Source: Hormiphora californensis
Lineage: Eukaryota > Animalia > Ctenophora
Assembly: GCA_020137815.1 (NCBI GenBank)
Contig: CM035358.1
Location: forward strand, 992,001 to 1,056,000
DNA length: 64,000 nucleotides
Direction: 5' to 3'
Position numbers and translations under genes: made by a program. The notes beneath the pieces are model-generated. The model had not been told where the DNA came from. It saw only the letters and a program-made list of their open reading frames with translations, and did no database searches. Each line of letters begins with the position of its first letter. The first letter of the stretch is position 1. This document shows, piece by piece, positions 43,340 through 56,747 of this stretch.

Positions 43340-45090
43340 GGTTTCCGGTTTTATTACCTACCCTTTTCCATTTTTTCCCCTTTTCCCAAAACGAACCCCG
43401 GGGGGGAACAGTTTGGGGAGTGGAGAACCCTTTAATTTTTAAAATTTGGGTACGTAAAACCCCGGAATTTGTTAACATGGGGTTTTTGTAAAAAAATTTC
43501 AAAAGGGGCATTTTTTTAATTTTAAGACGGAAAAAGGAGCGCGTTTAAAAAATGTCCAAAAATTTTTATTTCCCCAATAATATATTTAAAACCAATGGTC
43601 AAAAACCTATTTCAACACGTTTCCCACTAAAAAGTGTTTCAATTTTTTCAAAAAATTTTTAAAAAAATTTTCCCAACTCAGTTTTCCCCCCCTCAGTTCC
43701 CACACCCAAAAATTTTTCCACTACAAAATTTTCCCACTAAAATTTTTTTTCCCTTTTTTCCCCCTCAAGTTTTTTACGTGGGGTTCAAGCTCAGAGGTTA
43801 TAAAAAATTTAAACTTTTCTTTTTGTAAAAGCGACCTATTTAGCTTAAATAGTAAAAAAACAGAAAACCCTTCCCAATTTTTTCTCTTGGAAAACCCCCT
43901 TATCTCCCTTTTAAACTTCTTCTCTTTTTCTTTCTCTCCCTCCCTTCTTCCCCAAGTCTGTCTCAACCAAATTCAATAAGCCCAAAGGATAATACAAAGC
44001 AAAGGCTTAGGGGCTGTGAGGGTTGCCTCTCAGTGGGAACCAGTGAGATTATTAATGTTTTTATTTTAATAGGCTTTTTCCCCTATTTAAATATTGACCG
44101 GGGGCACCCCCTTCTCAATGTTTATTCTTAAAAATTATGGGACCACCATCTCTTCAAGTTCAAATGGTTTTTATAATTTTTTTTAATTAAAAATATTGAC
44201 CATGAGGGTCCCCCAATGAGAGAGAGAGGTGATAACCTCCCTTCCCTACGTTAAAAAAAGTTTAAAAAATTTTCCAGTACGGAAATACACGTACATATGA
44301 GAGGTTTTTAAATTTGTCTGCATTGATTAATGGGGAGTTTTTGTTTGGGCTCTGAAACGGTTCACGCTGCGACAAGCGTGTCCTTTTTTAGGTTCTATTA
44401 TTAGTTAATTTAGGTTTTCGTGTGTGTTTTTCGCTGTTCAAAACGAGAATGGATCAAATCCCCGTTTAGGGGGGTGATTAACGGGGGTACATTTTAAAAC
44501 ACAAATATAATAGAGGGTTTTTTTTGGGGGCCTAGTTTTTTGGGGGTTTTTTATGGGGGGAAAAGGGGGAGGGGGAAAACGGGAAAGGGAGAAGGAAAGG
44601 GGTTAAAAAGGGGGGGTATTTCCCCCAAAAATTTCAAAACCCCCCGGGGAAGAAAAAAAATCGGGGGGGGAGGGGAAGAGGGGGCGGAAAAAAGGGGGAA
44701 AAAAGGGGGGGGGAGAGAAGGGGGGAGAGGGGTTTTTTTTTTTTGGGTTAAAACTCACTGATTCTTTTCAACCAATCCCCTGTTTTACCCCTCTTCTATT
44801 TCTCCGGTTAACTTGTTTGGGGGAATAAATTTGAAAGAAGGGCTTCATTTCAATAAACCCCAATTTTTTAAAAGGGATGAACCCTCCTCTCCCCCTGTAA
44901 TTTTCCCCCGGGGCTTTCCATTTTCCCTTACCGGGGTTTTTTCTTTTTGAAGGAAAATTTTTTTAAGGGTAAAAAGGGTTTCGAATTTTTTTGCAACAAT
45001 TTAATTTTTGGGGGGGAAAAAAGGGGGGGGGGAAAAAATTTCCCAGAAATGGGGGGGGGAAAGGGGGAAAAGGGGAAAATTGGAAAGTAA
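43340..45090. other. Homopolymer-rich block, probably low-quality sequence
   Basis: Runs of A, C, G and T typical of degraded read ends. Confidence 0.7.
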
Positions 45091-45991
45091 TTTGTCTCGC
45101 ATTGATATAGCGTTATTAGTTTGGTTTTTCTGCGGTCCTCAGTGGACAAGCTGGTCCTTTAGGAGCTAAGAGTGAGAGAGAGATGATAAAGAGGCTAGTA
45201 AAGGGTTGTTTTTGTGTTGCTTTGTCGCTGTTCATAAAGGTAGAACCATAGTTTCTAATGCTTATTGCTTGCATCAGCGGCCGCATTATTTTTGGACAAA
45301 ATTGACTGGTTCCCGCATGATAGGGAGGTGAATGAATTCATACGGTCCCTTATTGGGTAGCTAAGACTATAAGGTGTATGTGTGTTATATGCTGCATATA
45401 TGTCGAAGGGAGAAATGAGAGAAGAGAGGGGAACGAGAGGCATCGGAGCTCTCACGCTGCGCAGAGTAGCGAGCCTCTCTCGCTCTCTCGTCTCTTTCGC
45501 ATTCATCTCATGATTCTCTCTCTCGTCTCGTCTCGCGTCTATCTTCTCTCTCTCTATCTCTCTCTTCTCTCAGGATGATATGTGTGGGTAAATACTGCAC
45601 AATGATTGACTCTATTCAACACAATAAAACACTAGATGATACCCTCTCTTGCTGATTCTTGCCTGGCTAGACTGTGTTTCGGGCGCCCCGCCCCCGAATC
45701 ACAGGGAGGGTTTGAACATAGCAAGCTGATTCTTTCATTTTTCCTATAAGGTTTTTTTGCTCAGCTTAGTATTATTGGTGAATTGGGTCCATCGAACGGC
45801 ATCACTCTCCGAACCTCGTCATATTTTCGCCCGGAAACATATCCATCATCTTTCCATTCACTCAAAAAGATGGCGTAATTTAAACAATCTTACCAGCAAG
45901 CTAACCACTCCGTGAATGGAGCCTTCATCAATGTGCTTTCTGCAAAGCTTCTATAGTGCAACAATTTAATCTGCTTGTTTTCCACCTAAGA

Positions 45992-46219
45992 GATTCTTAG
46001 AGACATTCTCTGTTTGTTCTGGTACTGCTCGGTGATTCTTAAAGACATTCTCTGTTTGTTCTGGTACTGCTCGGTGATTCTTAGAGACATTCTCTGTTTG
46101 TTCTAGTACTGCTGAGTGATTCTTAGAGACATTCTCTGTTTGTTCTGGTACTGCTCGGTGATTCTTAGAGACATTCTCTGTTTGTTCTGGTACTGCTCGG
46201 TGATTCTTAGAGACATTCT
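45992..46219. repeat. 42-bp minisatellite, about 5 copies
   Basis: Unit gattcttagagacattctctgtttgttctggtactgctcggt. Confidence 0.92.
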
Positions 46220-48416
46220 CATAATACTGCTATGATCCTGTATTCTAAGAATCTCATATTGTGTAGTTGTATAGCTAAAAGAAATAATTAGGTGTGCTCT
46301 AATCGGCTCATACTTCGCAGCTATAGCGCGGTGACTTGATTTATGCTCCAATTATTATGATTTTTATGGGTATCATGTGCTTTACTTTTACGTAAGGTTG
46401 TATAATAGCTTCCTAATTCTCTCTCTCTCTGTTCTCTATCTGTTCTCTATATTTTCTCTCCCTGTATCCATGTATGTGACAAACAGATAAAGAGGATGAA
46501 ATAGTGAAAAAGAGAGGATCTTGTAAGTTAATGGAGAGAGTTATATAGTTATTGCATATAGCGAGCTTTGTACAGAATTCCGTTAATTGAGCCGTTATAT
46601 AATGGCATCCATCACCAGTCCCACTTTCAATTACTTCTCTTTTTTCTACATTTCTATCTCTCTCTCGCTATCTTTCTTTGTATATCTCTCTCCCCTTCTC
46701 TCTCTCTCTCTTTCTCTTTCTTTCAATTACCGGGTGCCAATTGTTAGAGCTAAAATGCACCGCTTCGCACATATTTTAACGCCACAGCCCCGCTGATAAT
46801 TGAGCAATATATTGTTGTGGTACACAGCTGCCAATTTTGTGTGTGTTGAAAATAATTGATGGTCCCCACAGAATCTCATTTTGGAGAGAGAGATGTTACT
46901 CAGGGAGGTGTGTGTGTGTGTAATTTTAGGAAATTGATCTACAGGAAATTGATTGCTCGCCCCAATGATGATTATCTGGTTTATTAAAATCCTTTTCAGT
47001 TGATATCTAATGCATCATGTGAACGTGTTATCGTATGATCACGTTCAACTATAGTAAACTCTTGTCCTTGAATTGATATGTACAATGTCCTCTGAAGGCC
47101 CGTAAATCCAGAGTTTGCTATCGAGTATCGGTCAAAGTTGCTCTTTACTTTGGGGCAAGTTGACCAGACACTAGACCACGAGAGATAGAGAGACTGAACA
47201 AAACACTAGGCAAAAGCACAGTAATCCGCTGCCTTATGATTGTTGGCTATAGGGGTGTAATAAATGCTTCCTAAAACTAGATGAACCCTATTCAAACCTG
47301 ATTCAATCATTGATCGAATATATATATTCCCATTCGACCTTAGGTTTTAGTGCTAGAGTTAGCAAGTATTACTTGTTGAACTTAACTCACCCAGCAGCTA
47401 TACCTTGTACCTTGACCTAGTGTGTGACACACATGTCTCTCTCGTCAGTATTATATGCACATTAATTTGTTTCCGTGTTTGCAATTGAATGGGCTCCAGC
47501 TGCTTGCACACTTCTGCACCACCATGGCGAACAGCTGTGAAGTATATACATTATGCACTTAACAGTTTATTTTTAGTGTCATAACGGGTAACGGTTTAAA
47601 TTTGCACGTGGCAGCGTGAGAGAGAGAAGAAAGAGAAGAAAGAGAAGTGTACGTGTAGCTGTAGATTGTATTATATTTTGAGACGCGTGGCGGGGTGCAT
47701 CATGCAATTTAGTCTTGTTGTTACTCAACAAATTTTGTCAACTTTGCTCGTTTTTTACTCTGGAATTTAGTTAGTTATATTTGCCCTTCATTCACCGTGG
47801 AATATACGCCCTTCTTCATCTCATTAAACAATACACATAAATTAGTATGGCACGCTGATACAATTTCTAGGTTATTTTTTGAAATTTAACACGTGGTTTT
47901 ATATTGTAACCTACCCTTTCTTTCCGTCTATTCTCTCTCTCTATCTCTCCATCTCTCTATCTCTCTCTTCTCATTTCTGTATGTGAAGTTTTTTACATAA
48001 TATGTTATGGCGCTGATGAATCTTTCCGGGCTATTAGATGCTTGCGTCTTTACCTTTAGCACACATCCGGAAATTCTAGTTCACGTGGGGGAGAGTGAAT
48101 TTTAAACGGATCAAATACTGCTGATTTTCTGTAGAAATGATAGGTAGAGACAGCTAGAGAAGGAGAGAGATTAGTGAGTTGATTGACAATATCCACACGC
48201 TCTATTCTCAACGATCTCCATCTTTTTTTCCGGCTATTCAGCTGTTTTTGTCGACCTTCTCAGCAACTTTTCATTTCCGATTCTTGTTAGTAAATCACGT
48301 CATCTTGCTGCAGCTCTTTGTAGTGTTCATGCGCAAGTCATTTTACAATTGCCAATACATCTGCTGAATCATCTCTCCTACCCACCACCCCATCAGCTTT
48401 CTAACATTCATTCTAG

Positions 48417-48525
48417 CAGGAACCGACCGAAACAAGTAAACAACCAATCAGAACTCGGTATTTAGGTCACGTGACTGGTTATCAGCCAATCAGGGACCAG
48501 TATTTCCTGATTCGGTCGGTTCCTA
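48417..48525 (+). mobile_element. 109-bp hAT-type MITE, copy 6
   Basis: TSD cattctag. Confidence 0.92.
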
Positions 48526-49432
48526 CATTCTAGAGTGGTTTATAGCCTGTCTGGCAGTTCGGGTCGGCAGTGGTATACATACTCATGGGTAATCTTCATT
48601 CTACAGATCTGTACACTTTGTTCTGACGTTATAATTAGCTAGATACTCATCTGTGTGTCTATATATTGGCAATCTTTGCGATTAGTAGGCGTGTGTGACT
48701 TGTAAGGGGTTTGACAATGTTTGATAACTACTAGATAACTACTAGATCGATAGCAGAATCATTATTATATGTAGCCTTTTAGATTGAATAGTCTTAGAAA
48801 CATATTATTATAGTAGCCTTATAGATCTATTGAATAGTGTTTTTTTCACAATGCATGTTTGACGAGTGTTCACCGTTTGTTCGCCCTTGATTTTGTACTT
48901 GTAACATGGCTATATGGAAGTGTTTAAAGGGGGGATGTATGCTGCACGCTATTGAATCACCACAAAGAGAGAAAATAATGGAGGGAGAAAAAGAGAGAGA
49001 CGCAAATGTTCGCTGGAGCGGTTTTTTGTCCTTGTTACTTAGCTGAGAGGGCAAGAAAGTGAGTGAGAGAGAAGAAAAAAGGTAGAGATAAAGATAGAGA
49101 GAGTCATCTAGAAATTGACGTTGTAACTAAACGAACTGTAAACTACAACCCAATTTTTAGAACTCTTGAAGTATAGTTTCTGATAAGCCTTGTTTTTATA
49201 TGCTTCCCAATGAGTTGCCTAAATTCTCTGTAGCTAGAGTGGACTTGTTTCGATCAACTGTATGGCATCCCAGATTACATGGTTATGATCAGTATTATAC
49301 TTGCATAGGATATATCTTGGTGCATGCGTACAATAATACCATCTCCGAGTTTTTTGTAGGATTTATGGCAATCTCCAGTACACTTACAATCATCTGCTGA
49401 TAGAGTTCTTAGTTTGATCACATCTATACCTC

Positions 49433-49543
<111 letters not shown>

Positions 49544-49824
49544 CCCAGAACCATGCGTGTCATACAGAACATGATGAGATTGTATTGGGTGAGAGTGGTC
49601 AGATTGAATTCACATTTAATCGTTAAAATATTGCACTTTGGTCTGATATATCTCGAGGTGTATATATCTTGTACTCATACTGCAGCTCTGCTGCATCTCA
49701 CATTGCTCTCAAAGCTTTGTCCCATATTATCGTCTGATGAATCATGTCCAGCATGACCTCAATTGGCACCTCATTGGCAGCTTCATTGGCACTTCATTGG
49801 CAGCTTCATTTCAATCCAAGCCAG

Positions 49825-51908
49825 CTAACTGAATGAGTGATAGAGTAGTCTTGTATTCTGAAGTCGAGGTGTAAAGTATTCTTCATCCCCTGCACTAAGG
49901 TGATCTTCTTCGTCCCATTCCTCTTCGTCGACTGTGCCCTAAAGAGGCCGGGTAACTTGTCAGAATACGTCTGTGCAGGCTTTCAAAACCTAAATACTAA
50001 TTCATGCTCCACTGCTCCCCATTTTGTTTTAGGGAGCCTAACGTTTCCATTGTCTCGTGATTTTAGCTAAAATTACATATATGACGTCATCTCCTTCGCA
50101 AGAGAAGACCAAAATAGGTCGAACAGTTCACGACGTTTTTTGATTCATGGATATGACTCTGTTTGATCAGTCTCAGCTCCTATTTTACCTGTAATTGTTT
50201 GTACCGTCTGTTGTTAACAGGCCAACATGAACCTCTTCCAGCAGATCTTTCAATAATTGGAGGAGTCTTGCCCAACATGAACTCGCTTACCACTTCTGAA
50301 CTTAATTTCTCCTCTATCGGCTCTGAAAAAGTTGTAGAGCTTTTTGTACCCTATAGCTATATAACGGCCTAGTAGATATGAAATGTGAATAAGGTCAAGG
50401 TCTTGGAGAGAAAGGTCGTTTAGTTAAAGAGATAATCATTTGTTTATAATGCACCACAAAGTTGCCGCCCCTTTGATAGTGAGCTTGGAACTGAGACTAA
50501 TTTGTGAAATGAATTTACTATGTTTATAGTCGGCGAGTCGATTGTTTTTGTTTATAGGAAAGACAATTAATACCTGAACAATTATGCAGTCTTTGGTAAT
50601 GGCCCATTACTAATGGGGGGGGTCTCAATATTCTTACCAAGACTGGTCCTCCTTCTCCTCCCAAGTGAAGAGTCGCAATATGATATTGAGTTGTGGGATG
50701 ACATGGCACGTAACAGAGCGCCACGTAGCCTCACTTTGATATACCGTAGCAGTAGTAGCACTCCCGCCAGCCAGATGGTCGCTATAAAGCAGTACTGCAC
50801 ACTTCCTATTGCCTATATACAGGAATTATATAGGTATTAGGTAGTTATAGCTAAGAATATCATGTTAGAAAGGGGGAAAGATATATGGCGCATCGTATCT
50901 CTCTGCAACGTTTTCTGCAGTGTGCTAATAAATCTACACAGATCAGTAGATCTAATTAATGGTTTAGGCTGTTCATTTCTCATACCGGTAATTTTACGAT
51001 CTTTATATGATACTGATTCAACCCTACTACTGCTATATGCTGATGGCCTAATAGTTATACCGATTATGTATTAGTTATACCGATTACCATTCTTTTATCT
51101 AAACTGTCTGCTACAGACTTTGCATAATGATCTTACAATTTAAAATGGGTCTCTCTGTTATATGTCCTGGTGGTTATACATCTTCTTAGTGCCTAATTGG
51201 AAGCGCTCGAGTCGCTGCAGTGGAGAAAAACAATGAAGATGGGTAGAAAGATAGATTGAGTAAACGAGGTAAACCTAGATAGGTAGACAAATGAAGTATG
51301 AGCTCTAGATAAAGAAAAGTAGAAACATAGTCGCTTATACTAATCACATATTCAGACCTCTATGTCCGACATCTACTGTGTATCCATCACTACTAGTGCA
51401 GCTCTACATAGTTCACGTGTCATCGCATCTAGAGCTCGAGGATGTGTGTTTACTGTTTTAAGTCGTCGATATAATAGACATTGTGAAAAGCCATGTAAAA
51501 ACAAGACAGACTGATAGTGTGAAATGTAGACACGCTATATCAACTTCTTAGTTCTACTAGGCCATAATATGTGTACACATGGAGTAGACTCGCACAAATT
51601 AGATTTGAAAAAGCCTATTCAGCACTTATGCTGGCCGCATCTAGTTGTTCTGGTCTAGGCCCATGTGTTGATAGTCGTTTGAATACCACTGTCAAGCGTA
51701 AAAAGTCTCGTGACTTAGCAGAAATCTCGAAGGAGTCTTAAATATTATCAGGGTTCGAAACCCCCACAACCGTTTGCTCTTACCATGTCCTCAGTCGCTG
51801 TGAAGTTGTTAGCGGTGCATGTTCCCACTGAAGGGCTCGAGATGGGGCATTGCAGCTCCTCTTCTAGCTCAGCTTCAAACGTGCTTTCTTTAAATGTCTC
51901 TTCCAAAT
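49825..51908 (-). CDS. 3' exons of an unidentified acidic protein
   Basis: Exons 51908-51784, 50350-50189 and 49938-49825 have canonical sites and join in frame (LEETFKESTFEAELEEELQCP..EDM/GTKSS..YKQLQ/GTVDEEEWDEED..HSFS*). The 5' part (possibly 52254-52412) is unresolved. Confidence 0.5.
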
Positions 51909-52519
51909 CTGGGGATTATATTGTCAAAGCTTTGAGATAGATATATCCAAGGGCATTTTGGAATGGATAGAAATTATTACAATTCCTGACTCAGACTGTT
52001 TTGTCTTTATCTACCTTCAAATTTCCTGCAGTTTAAACAATACAAAGTGAAACATCGTTGAAATCGTTGATTATCAATCCATTGTTCTAAATAATTTTCT
52101 TGCAGTATACTACTAGCTACTTTTGAGTAATATGAAATTTTATTAGTTTCTGTTTACCTACACCAAGCTGCTATATCCGTATCATTTTACTTTTAGCTTG
52201 TCTGATCCTGCCTTGTTAATATATATTAAAACTAATATTGTTAACACACACTGACCTGAAATGCCCAATAAATGAATCCAACAGAGCCACAGTATTAGGG
52301 AGGGTACATTCCCCACCTCATCGTGATACCCGTCCATACAAAAACAAAACCAATTAAAGTTGTAAGCAGCCAGATTTCGTATCATTCCGCATGGTTTATA
52401 TTGCTCCTTCATAAAACCACCAACTCCCCCTATTTAGTCCAGCAAGGTACCTCTCTCCCACACTAGCAGCTCCAGTGTGTCTATCCAGCGCCCTGCATGC
52501 ACCAAAACGGCCGACCAAA

Positions 52520-53960
52520 GGATAATATTTAAAGAACTCAAACAACCGGGCCTAACGGGTTTTCGGGCCCCCCGGGGAAAGGCCCGGACAACGGGGTTTT
52601 CCGGAGGGGGGCCCCTCCTCCCCGAAAGGGGGGGCCTTCCAATTTGACCTTTTTGGATGAGATATTTTGTCCAAAAAGCCCCAACTCCCCGGTTAAGAGG
52701 GGGGGCGGGGTTGGGGGGGTTTGCTTTTGGATTTTTTAAGGGTATTCCCCCCGGTTTAGGGGGGTTTATTAATTTTGGGGTGTTTCAATACCCCCTACCG
52801 TGGACTACCATGTGAGTTCTAATATCAAATCTATTTCAGGTGTTTATCCCGGAGTTGAAGCCTTTACCCCATACAGCAAGTACAAACAAGGTAGGATATC
52901 TAATTATTTGTTGGTTTGTTAGTTTGTTATGCATCTAATATAAGAATTAAGTGCATCTGTTTATTTCAAACATATCTTCTGTTAATGTTCATTGTTATGT
53001 GAGAAGGGTGGAATTAAGGCTTTAAATATTTAGTATTTCACCATGAAGAAGACCCGTGTCTGTGTTTCCCCTTTTCAATGTGTTTTTAAACCCAAAGGGG
53101 AGGGAACATTTTGAACAAAAGGGGAAAAAAAAAGCAAACCCCAAAGGGAAGAAGGGAGGCCCCCTTACCCCCCAAAAAAAAAAACCCGTTTTTTAATTTT
53201 TTTTGGGGAGGAGCGGCCAAGGGGAAAAAGAGGGAAAGGAAGAAGAGGAAAGGGAGGGGGAAAATTTAAAATTTGGGGTTTTGGGGGGGGGGGGGGGAAA
53301 AGGGGGAAAGGGGGGGAAAAAAAATTAAACAATGGGGGGGAACCCTTTTTTTCAAGGGGGGAGGGGGAGGCCCCGTTTTAAAAAAATTTTTTTTGGTTTT
53401 TTTTTGAAAAAAATTTTCCCCCGGAAAAAAAGGGGGAGGGGGGCGGGGGGGGGAAAAGGGGTTTTGGGGGGGAAAAAAAGGGGGGAAAAGGGGGGGAAAA
53501 AATTTTTTAAAAAAAAAAAGAAAAAAGGGGAAATTTTTTGGAAAAAGGGGGGAAAAAAATTTTTTTCCCCCTGCTTCCCCCCCCCCTTTTTGTTTCCCCT
53601 TTTTTTAAAAAAAAAAATTTTTTATTAAAATTTTTTTGGGGGGGGCCGTGCACCCAAAACCCAGAGGGGGCCCTTTTTTTTTTTTTGGGAAAGGTGTTTT
53701 TTTGTTTTTGGGGGGAAACCCCCCCCTCTTTTTAAAAAAAAAAAATTTTTTTGCCAAAAAAGGGTCCTTTTTCCCCCCCAAAAATTTTTTTAAAAAAATT
53801 TTTTTTTCCCCGGGTTTTATTGTTTTTCCAAGGGGCCCCCGGGCCCCACCCCCCCCCCCCCCCCCCCCCTTTTTAAATTCCCCCCCCCCCCCCAAAAAAA
53901 ATTTTTTTTTTTTCCCCTTCCCCTTTTTCTCCCCCTTTTCTCTCTCCCCTCTATCCCCCT
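52520..53960. other. Homopolymer-rich block, probably low-quality sequence (52800-53080 looks normal)
   Basis: Extreme mononucleotide runs. Confidence 0.75.
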
Positions 53961-54528
53961 TTTTCTCTACTTGTCTCTTCTTTCCTCTCCTTCTATTCTT
54001 CTTTCTTTCTTCTCCTCTGCCATTTTCCTTCCCTTTCCTCTCCCCGAACTTCCTCTCACAGGATCTACTTGCCAAGCTTGGCCACCTACGCCCCACCCCT
54101 TGGACAGCACACGACGACGTCTTCATCTTGTCATAATTCTCACCTTTTTGCCATTCTCTCAGCTACTATAGAATGAGACAGCTCTCTATCATTTTCTATC
54201 TTTATAGTTGTTGTTTTGTTCACACAATATGTTGACGAATGTCGAAATTAAGGGTCCGTTCAGCTTAAGTGCTGGCGTATAATAATTTACTTGCATCTCT
54301 GTACGACATACTATTGACTTTCAACTTCTTTCTAGCTCTATCATATTAGTACTATTCAACACAAATTAGATATGAATATAGTTCTCATTATTATTTTCTG
54401 CAATTATTCTACGTTTAATGACATGATTATTATCATTATTATCTTTTGTCGACGACGACGATACGCTTGTGTGACTATAGCAATAGCGCGTGTCTATGAT
54501 GGTTCTGAGGAATGCTTCTCACTCCCCC

Positions 54529-54646
<118 letters not shown>

Positions 54647-54887
54647 TATAACCACTCTCCTAATTTGACTCCCTCGATGTTCTGATCAAATTTTTGCTAC
54701 ATCAAGAACTTTATCGTTTGGTAATATGCAAGCTCCTTGTTTTTCTTTGTTGAGGAAGGGATGAGACAAGTTTTTGTAGTAGTAGCTCTAAAAGTGAATT
54801 AGTTTGGTTCCGGTTCAGGGACTCACGGAAAATTACTTTTGTTGACACTGAAGAAGAATAGTAGTAGACAGGGAGATAAGAAGATAG

Positions 54888-54996
54888 CAGGAACCGACCG
54901 AATCAGGAAATACTGGCCCCTGATTGGCTGATAACCAGTCACGTGACCTAAATAACGAGTTCTGATTGGTTGTTTACTTGTTTCGGTCGGTTCCTG
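54888..54996 (-). mobile_element. 109-bp hAT-type MITE, copy 7
   Basis: TSD gaagatag. Confidence 0.92.
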
Positions 54997-55117
54997 GAAG
55001 ATAGACATATATAGAGCTGGGATCAGTATCTTCATGACGATGAGAGTGGTGCTGGCGGAGATTATCGACGATCATGATTGTCAATCTTCCACTTTCTAAT
55101 CTACCGATCTGGACAGA

Positions 55118-55204
<87 letters not shown>

Positions 55205-55526
55205 TCGAACTACCTAGAATGATATCAGTCGATAAGTACAGATCGCTATGCCAAGGATCAGTACACGTGCATTGCAGCTTCGCGTCTAACACTAAACTAA
55301 GAAGACCGTCTCCAGCTTGGTATGTGGTCAACACGCGATTACGTTATTTTCTTTACTTCATATATGTTGTTCTGGGGATGATGGTGGTGATTATATGGCT
55401 TGTCATTAGTGGGTTATTATTTAAATTGGGTACTTATAGATCTCAAATTATAGTGCCATTACCACCAACCATTACAACTACCTACCATCTGTGTAGAGTG
55501 TGAACAAAATACCACAACAACTTTAC

Positions 55527-55635
55527 CAGGAACCGACCGAAACAAGTAAACAACCAATCAGAACTCGTTATTTAGGTCACGTGACTGGCTATCAGCCAAT
55601 CAGGGACCAGTATTTCCTGATTCGGTCGGTTCCTG
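55527..55635 (+). mobile_element. 109-bp hAT-type MITE, copy 8
   Basis: TSD aactttac. Confidence 0.92.
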
Positions 55636-55820
55636 AACTTTACTACAGCTGCACTACTGCATTGGCATGATATAGTCGGTGTATAGTCTTTGTTGTTCGC
55701 CTCATTCTCTGATTGTGTATCTCCAATCTAAACCTTATTACTATTTACACCTTGTACTTCTATGTTCCCTTTGTTGCAGAGTCCCGACCTATTTCCATGG
55801 TGTAATAAGTTCCTTTTTTA

Positions 55821-55896
<76 letters not shown>

Positions 55897-56677
55897 CTAA
55901 TTCTTATATTGGGGGTTGGGGAGAGGTGTAGCTGTAGTAGGCATTATACCTGTTATATTGTTTCAGGAGCATTCAACACTCCTATTATCCCGGTGTAGTT
56001 GTCGCTATTGCTAGTGCTTGTTTGCAATAACTTGGTCTCGGCCAAGGACGCTGCAGCTCAAACTCGGCTGTTTCGTGTGGATCCCTTATCCTTGATCATC
56101 TCTTGCATTTCGTTGTTAAGTAAGAGTAGTTCTCCACCCCTTACTCAACACGCATTTCACGCTGTCAGGCCAATGCTCTGACAGATTTCACGGGTTTGAT
56201 CATACAGGCTGTCATCAACGCCCCTGTTACTCCACCCAGTTGTTGTGTCTTCTTGAAACTTCTACAGAACAGTCCAGTTGTCGACACTCAGCAGTTCTTC
56301 AGCTGGAAGGAGAGAAGTGAGAGAGAGAGGGTGGTCGATATACCAAGAGAGGAAGAGGGGATGAAATATTACCGAGAGAGAGAAAGATTGAGCGAGATAC
56401 TGGGGACTGAGAGAGAAAAAAGAGGATACTGGGGACTGAGAGAGAAAAAAGAGGATACACTATAATGCTGCATGATGTTCCTCTCTATCATAAATTGTAA
56501 AACTTTGCACATGCACACACTCTGAGATATCGCCCTACTATAATCGGTGTGTCGAGCACATACATATCAAGCATTGCTAGCTTTTTACTGTCCCCTGTTC
56601 CTTGATAGAAAGAGCTATTGTAACCGCACTGCTTGCTATTGAGACGAGACTGAGATAATGGAACATGGTGCCAATCC

Positions 56678-56747
56678 TCACGCCACGTGCGTGACGGGTA
56701 ACGCGTGAGTTGGGGATCACGCGTGACGTCACAGCTTTGTTACGTCA
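56678..56747 (+). promoter_or_regulatory. CpG/motif-dense candidate promoter ahead of a short ATG exon (56760-56817)
   Basis: CACGTG, ACGCGT x2, TGACGTCA and TTACGTCA within 70 bp, followed by MEELVFEDWTTPLPPPVLE and G|GTAATT. Confidence 0.4.

Noticed and set aside
39973-46219. Tandem arrays as CRISPR
   Set aside because: No unique spacers, no cas genes, and the context is eukaryotic.
51745-51770. GGTTCGAAACC B-box-like motif as a tRNA or SINE
   Set aside because: No cloverleaf or convincing A-box upstream.
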